This document shows positions 26,124-33,440 of a DNA stretch of 41,130 bases, piece after piece; the first letter of the stretch is position 1, and every line of letters begins with the position of its first letter. The notes under the pieces are model-generated. The model did not search any database. It was not told where the DNA came from and saw only the letters and a list, made by a program, of their open reading frames with translations. The translations under genes were made by a program, and so were the position numbers. The DNA comes from Candidatus Woesearchaeota archaeon (lineage in GTDB: Archaea; Nanobdellota; Nanobdellia; Woesearchaeales; GW2011-AR9), in assembly GCA_013331555.1 (NCBI GenBank), contig DUGB01000001.1, positions 4,611-45,740 on the forward strand. The letters are read 5' to 3'.

Positions 26124-28685
26124 TTAACAGGTAAAACTGTCGAAATCGTAGACACCACTATCGCAGGCATAGGTGTCTCCATAGGAACATGTTTGTTGGC
26201 CTGCTCCGCCACAATTAGAATTGCTTTGAGCCAAGATGGCATATTGTAAAGCCAGCACATCAGCATCAGTAACAACCCCATCATTATTAACATCTGCACT
26301 TGCGGGTAATGTTCCTTCACACATAAAGCTTTCGAAATCGTAGACACTATCATCACACGCGAATGTATCCCCATAAGAACAAGTTTCCTGACTGGCTCCG
26401 CCACAATTAGAATTGCCTTGAGCTAAGATTGCGTATTGTAAAGCTAGCACATCAGCATCACTTACAGAACTATCACTATTAATATCACCAGTTCCAGTTG
26501 ATGGCGCTGCACCTTCCCAGCTTCCCGCAGTACATTGATATTGAGCAGTATTATCTTGAGTTTGGTCAGCAGTACAACTTGGAGTTTGGGGATCTTTATT
26601 ACACTGCGTCGCAGAACAACAACGTTTTTGTCCATTTGTTCCCGGAATTGTATCTTTACAACTTAAACCAGTGCGACAGTCGCTGTCTTGTGTGCAAGTC
26701 CATGATTCTCTTGCTTTCCAAGATCCTGCTTCACACCAAAATTTCGCGTACAGAGGATCTGGCTGAGCTGGAAATATATTTGCTCCGCCATCTTGACAAT
26801 AAATTGTGGCATTGACATTATATTTTATACCAGAGCCAGTACATTCTTCAATAGGACAACAGCGTTTTGGATACGTTACAGGATCACTTCCTGGAATGTA
26901 GCTTTCACAAGCCAGATTATCAGTGTCGTCTTTACAATCAGATGTTTCTTGACATACGCCGCCTTTGCTCACTGTTCCTGTTCCTCTCTGTTCCCATTGA
27001 CCTTCACGACAGATGAAATTAGTAGTAAAAGTATAATCTCGATCACAATCTGAATTCTCTGAACCATCCCAATTACACAGAGCATTACTAGAGCAACACA
27101 ATTTTTGACCATTGGAATCTGGAGCAGGGTCTTTACACGTTAATCCGACACCACAATCTGCCGTAATATCACACTCTGAATTCAAAGGTTGTGGGTTTGA
27201 TGCCCATTGACCAGCTTGGCAGATGTACCGTTTATATTCAGGAGTATTAATAGATATGCCATCAGCAACACAGCCGACGACTTGAGCACTAGCTTCGTGA
27301 GCATTACATTCATTTGGGAGACAACACTTCAACGTGTTTGGTTCATTATCAGTATCGGTTGGTGGAACAGACTTACAGAATAAACCAAGGGCACAATTAG
27401 AATCTGTGGGAAAATCAGAATAACGTTCACATTGTCCCCCATTTTGTTGAACTGCTCCAACGATGGGTCGCCAGACACCAATTCTGTCAACAACACGACA
27501 AACTTTTGTTTGATCATCATTTTGTGTACCTGCTGCAACACACTTGCCTTCTGCAGAACCATCATTACACCAGTTTTCCGGACAGCACAAACTTGCATCA
27601 CTTTCATCAGAAACGTGGCAATAACCATTATAATCGTACTCTTCTCCATTAGGAAGTTGGAGTCTATCATCTGCACATTGGCCCGCAGCAGTGCAAGGCA
27701 GATTATAGCGAACAGAGACACAAGCGCTTTCTTCATCTACCTCACTATCACAATCATTATCTTGTTGGTCGCAAATTTCTGTGGAAGGTATGCACGCAGG
27801 AACGACCCATTCCCCTGATTGACAAATCCTGTTATTAAGATCATTAACAGTTCCTTCTGCAACACATTCATTACCGCCAGGACCATCATTACATTTGTTC
27901 GCAGGACAGCATAATTTTTGATCAGGCACTGTTTGGTCAATAGTATGATCATCAGTAGATTTACAGATCAAACCAGAACTGCAAAAACCAGTAGAAGTAC
28001 AAGCTTGATTTTCTTTAGGGCACGCGATATCCTCATCAACTTTTCCGTCGCAATCATTATCTCGTTGATCACAGATCTCAGTAGAAGGAGTACAGGAAGT
28101 CGCAGAAACACACATCTTTGTAGACGCACATGAAGTACCAGCGACACAATCGGCGCTCTTTACACACAACCCTTCATTAGCATTACATAATTCACCAGTA
28201 AGACCTTTTTTGAATGTACAATAACTGGTATAACCGTTACATTTTTCGACAACTTTAGTAAGTTGAGTTCGAGGGAAACATACTTTTTCAACACAGACAT
28301 TGCCAGCAGCAACACAAGCTGTTGGAAGTCCTTTACCTGGAGGGACACAAGAAAGAGTTAATCTAGCTTGAATGAGAGAGTTCATAGAGATTGGACATTC
28401 ATTGTTAACACAACGACCGACTTTTGTTTCACACACTAAACTTAAAAGAGAATTAGATTGAGTTGAACTAGTACAGACTTGCCCTGCAAAAGAACATTTC
28501 GCTGCCGTCGCTTGCCCGGCAAGCGTTTTTCCGGAAGAAGCAACATAGATGATGACTAAAACAAGAATAACAGCAAGACCAAGACCAATTCCCATCCAGA
28601 GTTTATGTTTGTCGAAGGAAGGTTTTGAAGACGAAGAAGAGAGGACATTCTGACGAGAAGACTGTTTAGAGGCTTTTTTTTTCAT
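26124..28685 (-). CDS. Surface-operon protein A: 853-aa N-terminally anchored Cys-rich protein (six Cys modules, two CDxxDNDCD motifs, two dockerin-like plus 4-Cys modules)
   Basis: TM 30-50 followed by TLAGQAT. ICDQRDNDCDGKVDEDIAC and ICDQQDNDCDSEVDEESAC. Six units ending (K/R/L)CC....C(N/T)...C...(I/V/W/Q)C..G.W. C-terminal DINSDSSVSDADVLALQYAIL and DVNNDGVVTDADVLALQYAIL. Confidence 0.8.
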   Translation of the reverse strand: MKKKASKQSSRQNVLSSSSSKPSFDKHKLWMGIGLGLAVILVLVIIYVASSGKTLAGQATAAKCSFAGQVCTSSTQSNSLLSLVCETKVGRCVNNECPISMNSLIQARLTLSCVPPGKGLPTACVAAGNVCVEKVCFPRTQLTKVVEKCNGYTSYCTFKKGLTGELCNANEGLCVKSADCVAGTSCASTKMCVSATSCTPSTEICDQRDNDCDGKVDEDIACPKENQACTSTGFCSSGLICKSTDDHTIDQTVPDQKLCCPANKCNDGPGGNECVAEGTVNDLNNRICQSGEWVVPACIPSTEICDQQDNDCDSEVDEESACVSVRYNLPCTAAGQCADDRLQLPNGEEYDYNGYCHVSDESDASLCCPENWCNDGSAEGKCVAAGTQNDDQTKVCRVVDRIGVWRPIVGAVQQNGGQCERYSDFPTDSNCALGLFCKSVPPTDTDNEPNTLKCCLPNECNAHEASAQVVGCVADGISINTPEYKRYICQAGQWASNPQPLNSECDITADCGVGLTCKDPAPDSNGQKLCCSSNALCNWDGSENSDCDRDYTFTTNFICREGQWEQRGTGTVSKGGVCQETSDCKDDTDNLACESYIPGSDPVTYPKRCCPIEECTGSGIKYNVNATIYCQDGGANIFPAQPDPLYAKFWCEAGSWKARESWTCTQDSDCRTGLSCKDTIPGTNGQKRCCSATQCNKDPQTPSCTADQTQDNTAQYQCTAGSWEGAAPSTGTGDINSDSSVSDADVLALQYAILAQGNSNCGGASQETCSYGDTFACDDSVYDFESFMCEGTLPASADVNNDGVVTDADVLALQYAILAQSNSNCGGAGQQTCSYGDTYACDSGVYDFDSFTC

Positions 28686-28725
28686 ACATCACACCTACTT
28701 TTTAGGTATTGCTAATTTTCTTTCC

Positions 28726-28734
28726 TTTATATAG
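28726..28734 (-). promoter_or_regulatory. TATA box of the surface operon
   Basis: ctatataaa on the minus strand, 41 nt upstream of the ATG at 28685. SD aggtg sits in the short leader. Confidence 0.5.
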
Positions 28735-28774
28735 TTTTTGTTTTTGATTTCCGTCGAGAAAGAGAAGAAAAATA

Positions 28775-29015
28775 CGCCGAGGCTGGGACTTTCAGGCCAC
28801 CTTTCTTTACACTACATTTGGTGCAGCTCACAAAATAAAGCATCCGGCTTCATTTGTGCGCCAAAGTGATTGTTATCACTTTGTGCGTTGTAAAAGATGA
28901 CTTTTGAACCCAGATACCCTTGCGGGAACTAGCTTACGTTCCAGGCAAAATAATTTTTTGAAATATTTTGCGGATGATAGCAGGCTAGCGCACTACCAGA
29001 TTATGCGACCTCGGC
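28775..29015 (-). tRNA. tRNA-Ser(GCU) with two introns (43 nt at or near 37/38, 28935-28977; 114 nt in the T-loop at about 59/60, 28789-28902)
   Basis: Hand-folded cloverleaf: acceptor GCCGAGG/CCUCGGC (7 Watson-Crick bp), U8, D arm GCAU-AAUCUGGUA-GUGC, anticodon stem CUAGC/GCUAG, loop CUGCUA(A), long variable arm UUCCCGCAAGGGUAU (GCAA loop), T stem CUGGG/CCCAG with UUCAAA|U, and G73. Exon plus intron lengths sum exactly to 241 nt. A TATA box lies 26 nt upstream and a T-run downstream. Confidence 0.85.
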
Positions 29016-29040
29016 ATTGGTATGCAGAGGAAAGGACTTG

Positions 29041-29050
29041 TTATTTAAAC
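29041..29050 (-). promoter_or_regulatory. TATA box of the tRNA-Ser gene
   Basis: gtttaaataa on the minus strand, 26 nt upstream of tRNA position 1 (29015). Confidence 0.5.
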
Positions 29051-29116
29051 TTTACGAGAAATATCAAAGAAAGAGAAGCAATACAAGATGGAAAAGAAAA
29101 AGAGAGATAAAAAAAG

Positions 29117-29521
29117 TTATTCGGATAGTGGAGTTGCTGCGTTAGAAACTGCACCTGCTCGATGGATGCGCGCAAAATAAGGAACAGCAACAACATAGTC
29201 TTCACCAAAGCCAGCAATATCTCCATCAATAGCCTCACATGTTTTACGAAGCTTAGAAACTGCACGCTTCAATTCGACAAGATCTTTATCTTTTAATGGT
29301 TTAATGTTAACGAGAGCAATGGTTGACCCTTCACGAAGGACATCAAGGATTTCTTTAATATCTTCAAATTCTTCAATGACAAAACGACGAACATTAACTT
29401 TTCCTTTATCATCACGCTCGCTGCCAGTTGAAACCTCAACGTAACTATTCATTGCCTCATCATCTTCTGGCTCTACGGGACGATTAAACCTTTCTTTTAT
29501 GCGCAACAAAAAATCTTTCAT
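29117..29521 (-). CDS. sepF: SepF (DUF552) cell-division protein, FtsZ anchor
   Basis: 134 aa, VNVRRFVIEEFEDIKEILDVLREGSTIALVNIKPLKDKDLVELKRAVSKLRKTCEAIDGDIAGFGEDYVVAVP. Confidence 0.8.
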   Translation of the reverse strand: MKDFLLRIKERFNRPVEPEDDEAMNSYVEVSTGSERDDKGKVNVRRFVIEEFEDIKEILDVLREGSTIALVNIKPLKDKDLVELKRAVSKLRKTCEAIDGDIAGFGEDYVVAVPYFARIHRAGAVSNAATPLSE

Positions 29522-29654
29522 GGTACACCCTCTCCACCTTTAATTTTATGGTTTCTGGAGAGGTTTCCTCCTATATAAATGTTTTTATTGTGCTTTATAG
29601 TGGTTAGATTACTACTGCTTCCACAGTCCAAATGCGCTATTGATGCGCTATTGA

Positions 29655-31076
29655 TTAGTTGCCAAGCCTGGAAAGATTCGAATAAATTTTACGATGTTTG
29701 CCCTTGCTTCGTTCAAAAGTAACAGTAGCGCGAGGCAAACTAAATGTTCCAAGAATATGCAATTTTGCTTTTACTTTATAGGTGATAAGACGATGCTCTT
29801 GGGCGTCAATCTCGGCCAGCGACCAAATCACTTTCGTGCCGTGAGCAGTGTTGTGAACTTGTTCTGGTTTTAATGTTCCTAATTCCAAGCTTTTTTCAAC
29901 ATTGGCAATAGTTGGAACAAGATCAGTTACTTTAACATGCTTAACAGCTTTCTTAGACTTGTTCCGGAGTTCAAGAGTAATTTTAATTTCAGAAAGGCCG
30001 CCTTCCATACTTTTAGCAGTAGTGGCAGTTTTTCGTATTTCCAACGGAGAGCGCAGATAAAGATAGGCAATCAGAATAACCATGACGATAAGCAGAAGAT
30101 ACAAGGCAAGACGATAATTAGTTACGAAATAAATTGTTGTTTCTTCACCTGGACCAAGAGACACATCCCACACAAGATGACGTTGGTTGTCTTGCATTAC
30201 AATTTTGCCGCCACCGCTGCTTAATATAGCGGCAGTTAATGTTAATGGGACTTCAACTTCCTGAGTGTTGCGAACATTACCGGGATTAAGAACACGCAAA
30301 GAGTTTATGTTTTTAAGAAAGACACTGTCAGTGGTTAATGTTGTTACAAATGGAGGAAGCAAGGGAAGAACTTCAATTTTTTTCTCGAGAACTTTAACCG
30401 TCTGACCATTCTGCTCAAAGACGAAAAAGAGAACAGATTCTTTGGGCTGCTGATATTTATTGGGAATGATTGTAAACTCAATGGTTTTGCGTTCCAATGG
30501 AGGAACATCAACAACCGTTTCCTGAACAAATTCAGGAATATCACTTTGAATCTTAACGGTGAGATCAGAAAGATTTAATGGATTTTTATTCTCAAGAAAG
30601 AGCTTGATGGAGAGAGACTGTCGAGGATCAATTTTATCATTCATGTCCAGCGTTGCTTTTAATGAGGGAAGATAACGAGAAAGACGTTCAGAACCGAGAT
30701 ATACTTTAAGTGATTCAGAATACCGTTCACCAAGATCACTTTCGACGGAAATCTGAACATAATAAATTCCTGGCTGAAAGTTATCCAGAGGACGAGCAAC
30801 AATTTTGGTCGAGCGGCTTTCACCAGCAGCCAACTCAATTATTTTATCACGAAGAGGAGAAGGGTCGACAGACCAGCCTTGACCGCTTTGTAAGGAATAA
30901 GTGCTGTAGCGCTGAGTTTGATGAGCATTGTTAGTGATAGTCAGTTGAAAGGATGCTTCTTCACCAAGAGTGATCTGATTTTTAATGGGAGTAACTTCAA
31001 TATTGGAAGCAGCGATGACAGCAGTAGAACACAACGTTAGGAGAACAACTAATGATAGGAATATCTGCCACCTCAT
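29655..31076 (-). CDS. Exported Ig-like (CARDB/DUF11-like) repeat protein with an internal TM helix
   Basis: Signal peptide MRWQIFLSLVVLLTLCSTAVIAA. Repeated beta-sandwich-like segments (e.g. ...GEEASFQLTITNN...). TM LALYLLLIVMVILIAYLYL, followed by a further beta-rich domain. Confidence 0.6.
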   Translation of the reverse strand: MRWQIFLSLVVLLTLCSTAVIAASNIEVTPIKNQITLGEEASFQLTITNNAHQTQRYSTYSLQSGQGWSVDPSPLRDKIIELAAGESRSTKIVARPLDNFQPGIYYVQISVESDLGERYSESLKVYLGSERLSRYLPSLKATLDMNDKIDPRQSLSIKLFLENKNPLNLSDLTVKIQSDIPEFVQETVVDVPPLERKTIEFTIIPNKYQQPKESVLFFVFEQNGQTVKVLEKKIEVLPLLPPFVTTLTTDSVFLKNINSLRVLNPGNVRNTQEVEVPLTLTAAILSSGGGKIVMQDNQRHLVWDVSLGPGEETTIYFVTNYRLALYLLLIVMVILIAYLYLRSPLEIRKTATTAKSMEGGLSEIKITLELRNKSKKAVKHVKVTDLVPTIANVEKSLELGTLKPEQVHNTAHGTKVIWSLAEIDAQEHRLITYKVKAKLHILGTFSLPRATVTFERSKGKHRKIYSNLSRLGN

Positions 31077-31787
31077 GGAGGTTATTTTATTTTTTCCTTG
31101 TATTTAAAGCCTTCGTTTTCGGAAAGAATGAAATGAGCCACTGGACAAGCTTGGGTGAAGCTTATAAAGCAAATGTTCTTTCAAATGGATATGGAGAAGG
31201 AGAGAGCATTGGCTGTATTTCAAGATAAAAGAATAAGAAGAGTTTGGCATAACAACGAATGGTATTTCTCTGTGGTGGATGTAGTTGAAGCACTAACTGA
31301 TAGCCCTGCTCCAAGACAATACTGGGGCGTTTTAAAAGGAAGAGAAAAACAGTTGTTAACACTTTGTTTACAACTGAAATTGCTTTCGGCTGATGGCAAG
31401 AACTATGCCACAGATTGTGCTAATACGAAGAATATATTCAGAATTATTCAGTCCATTCCTTCTCCTAAAGCAGAACCATTTAAACAATGGCTGGCTCAAG
31501 TGGGTTATGAGAGAATTCAAGAAATTGAAAATCCAGAACTTGCCCAAAATCGGGTCAAAGAATATTATGAACTAAAAGGTTATCCGAAAGATTGGATAGA
31601 TAAAAGATTAAGGGGAGTCGTAATTAGGCAAGAGCTTACAGACGAATGGAGAGATCGGGGAGTTGTCGATGAAACAGATTTTGCTATTCTGACTAATGAA
31701 ATCACCAAAGCAACATTTGGAAAAACAGTTGGAGAATACCGAGAATTCAAAAGATTAACAAAGCCTAGCCAGAATCTGAGAGACCAT

Positions 31788-31846
31788 ATCCTGAGAAATT
31801 CAGGGAATTTCTGGGATGCCAAAAATCACAGAGGTGATTTTTCAGC
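31788..31846 (+). repeat. 59-nt double-hairpin insertion 1
   Basis: Hairpins agaaattc-agg-gaatttct (31794-31812) and aaaaatcac-agag-gtgattttt (31821-31842). The ends are also mutually complementary (ctgagaaatt / gatttttcag). Boundary ambiguity is 2 nt (AT). Confidence 0.7.
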
Positions 31847-31876
31847 ATGACTGATTGGGAACTTATTTTTACTATG

Positions 31877-31938
31877 CAAGAAATGTGAATACTATCACAT
31901 TTCTGCACAGAAAACAAATCGTTGTTGGTTTTCTTGTG
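31877..31938 (+). repeat. 62-nt double-hairpin insertion 2
   Basis: Hairpins agaaatgtga-atacta-tcacatttct (31879-31904) and cacagaaaac...gttttcttgtg (31906-31938, one bulge). Ends caagaaa / tttcttg are complementary. Boundary ambiguity is 3 nt (TGC). Confidence 0.7.
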
Positions 31939-32232
31939 CTTGGAGAGAAAGCTACAACAGACATTACCAAAACAAGAGATGCTCGAGGATTTGAGGAAAA
32001 CAAACGTGCAGCTCAGAGAGGAGGACAAATTGCTAACAATGCAAGAACTGAATTGGAGCAAGAAACCAAGAAGACCGTCGTTTCAAAAGATAATTTTTTA
32101 GGATTAACCAAAAAGAAAAAAGTGGAAACTGAAAAGATAAAAGATTAGAGCTCAGAGGTTAACTTGCACGGATTAAAAGAAATATTTATATAGTCTACTT
32201 TTTTAGTTTCTCTCTAAAATGAGGTTGTTTGG

Positions 32233-32802
32233 ATGGTAGATGGATTTCGAGGAGTGGTTACTTTTTTGGACACGATCGGGGTTTATGATATTGTTCTTCC
32301 ATTTTTATTAATATTTACCATTGTATTTGCCGTCCTCGACAAGACTAAGATTTTAGGTGTCGATAAGATTGATAATCGAGAATTATCAAAGAAGAATCTG
32401 AATTCGATGGTTGCGTTTGTGATGGCGTTGATTGTCATTGCATCGGCGCAATTAGTAAGGCAGATCAGCAGAATTATGGCGGATGTGGCATTGCTGCTGG
32501 TGTTGGCAATTTGCTTTTTAATGTTAGTCGGTGTGTTTTTTAAAGACGAGCAGTTTGATATTGAGAAAATTAAAGGATGGAAAGCAGTACTAGTAACGCT
32601 GATGTTCGCCGGGATTGTGATTATTTTTTTGAATGCGCTTGGATGGTTGGATTTTGTGTTCAAGCTGATTAAAAATTTCAACGCCGATTGGGCAGCAACA
32701 ACTTTATTTTTATTGATTACGGGAGGGTTTATGTACTATGTTGTACGATCTCCAAGTCCATCAGTTCCTGCAGGTGGAGAAAGTCCAAAAAAAGGAGGAT
32801 AA
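32233..32802 (+). CDS. Five-TM membrane protein, paralog 1 of 3
   Basis: 189 aa. The conserved first TM motif is VYDIVLPFLLIFTIVFAVLDKTKILG. SD gaggt upstream. Confidence 0.65.
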   Translation: MVDGFRGVVTFLDTIGVYDIVLPFLLIFTIVFAVLDKTKILGVDKIDNRELSKKNLNSMVAFVMALIVIASAQLVRQISRIMADVALLLVLAICFLMLVGVFFKDEQFDIEKIKGWKAVLVTLMFAGIVIIFLNALGWLDFVFKLIKNFNADWAATTLFLLITGGFMYYVVRSPSPSVPAGGESPKKGG

Positions 32803-32805
32803 ACA

Positions 32806-33423
32806 ATGGTCAACTATCAAGATTTAATTTATTATTTCCAGCAGTACGGCGTATTGGATTTTCTCCTGCCGTTTATTTTGGTGTTTACAGTTATCTTTGC
32901 AGTGTTGCAGAAGATAAAACCGTTTGGAAATGATGGGAAAAATTTCCATGTCATTATTGCATTTGTCTGTGGTTTATTATTTGTTGTTCCACATGTTCTC
33001 GGAACGTATCCACCAAGTTATGATCCGGTTGTGATTTTAAATAATGCTTTACCTGGCGTATCATTAATTGCCATTTTTGCAATTATGGCGTTAATTACGT
33101 TAGGCGTCTTTAACACAGAAATGGGAAATACTCTCTTACCAATTGTTGCTTTTGGATCTTTTGCGTTTGTGGCATACATCTTTGGTTCGTCACTCGGACT
33201 TTGGAGCGGACCTTATGACCTTTTCTCGTGGTGGACAGCAGATGTAACGGAATTACTGGTGATTATCGCTGTCTTTGGTGGAATAGTATATTTCATTACG
33301 AGAGAGGATAGTGACACTGAGAAAGATCCAGCAAAATTGGCAGCGGCCAAGAAGAAAGCTGATGAAAAATGGGAAGATTATAACAAAAGGCTAGGCAACA
33401 TTATTAAAAGAAGAGGAGACTAA
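32806..33423 (+). CDS. Five-TM membrane protein, paralog 2 of 3
   Basis: 205 aa, VLDFLLPFILVFTVIFAVLQKIKPFG. 3-nt spacer from paralog 1. Lys/Glu-rich C-terminal tail. Confidence 0.65.
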   Translation: MVNYQDLIYYFQQYGVLDFLLPFILVFTVIFAVLQKIKPFGNDGKNFHVIIAFVCGLLFVVPHVLGTYPPSYDPVVILNNALPGVSLIAIFAIMALITLGVFNTEMGNTLLPIVAFGSFAFVAYIFGSSLGLWSGPYDLFSWWTADVTELLVIIAVFGGIVYFITREDSDTEKDPAKLAAAKKKADEKWEDYNKRLGNIIKRRGD

Positions 33424-33440
33424 ATATTTCAGTTTAACCC

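Larger units (their letters stand above)
31185..32148 (+). pseudogene. Bro-N / DinD-like (phage antirepressor-type) gene interrupted by two short insertions
   Basis: Bro-N-like FQDKRIRRVWHNNEWYFSVVDVVEALTDS and IIQSIPSPKAEPFKQWLAQVGYERIQEIENPEL. The frame is lost after ...NLRDH (31787), resumes for MTDWELIFTM (31847-31876) in frame -1, then continues as LGEKATTDITKTRDARGFEENKRAAQRGG... from 31939. Removing 59 nt and 62 nt restores one frame. The start could be 31185 or 31191. Confidence 0.75.

Noticed and set aside
25294-28348. Many antisense or alternative-frame ORFs inside the surface operon (for example 25294-25617, 26042-26404, 26498-26815, 27329-27736, 27432-27818)
   Set aside because: They are shadow frames of long Cys/Thr/Gly-rich genes. 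They have low-complexity translations and lack starts with a promoter or SD site. The minus-strand frames with repeated Cys modules are clearly the coding ones.
28775-29015. SRP RNA or RNase P RNA. I considered these because of the 7-bp closing helix, long-range pairings, a GAAAGUCC-like string and CCAGG...AGCAGG.
   Set aside because: The GAAAGUCC-like string is at the wrong end for RNase P CR-I. No GNAR-capped helix-8 motif could be drawn. A full tRNA-Ser cloverleaf with two introns accounts for every conserved element and for the exact length.
28904-29110. 68-aa ORF in the ORF track
   Set aside because: It lies antisense over the intron-containing tRNA-Ser gene and its promoter. It has no TATA box or SD site of its own, and its sequence is explained by the tRNA.
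31788-31938. Canonical bulge-helix-bulge (archaeal endonuclease) introns in the Bro-N mRNA
   Set aside because: I tried both BHB topologies with all boundary options allowed by the 2-nt and 3-nt ambiguities. No 4-bp central helix flanked by 3-nt bulges involving exon sequence was found. RNA-level excision is kept only as an untested alternative.
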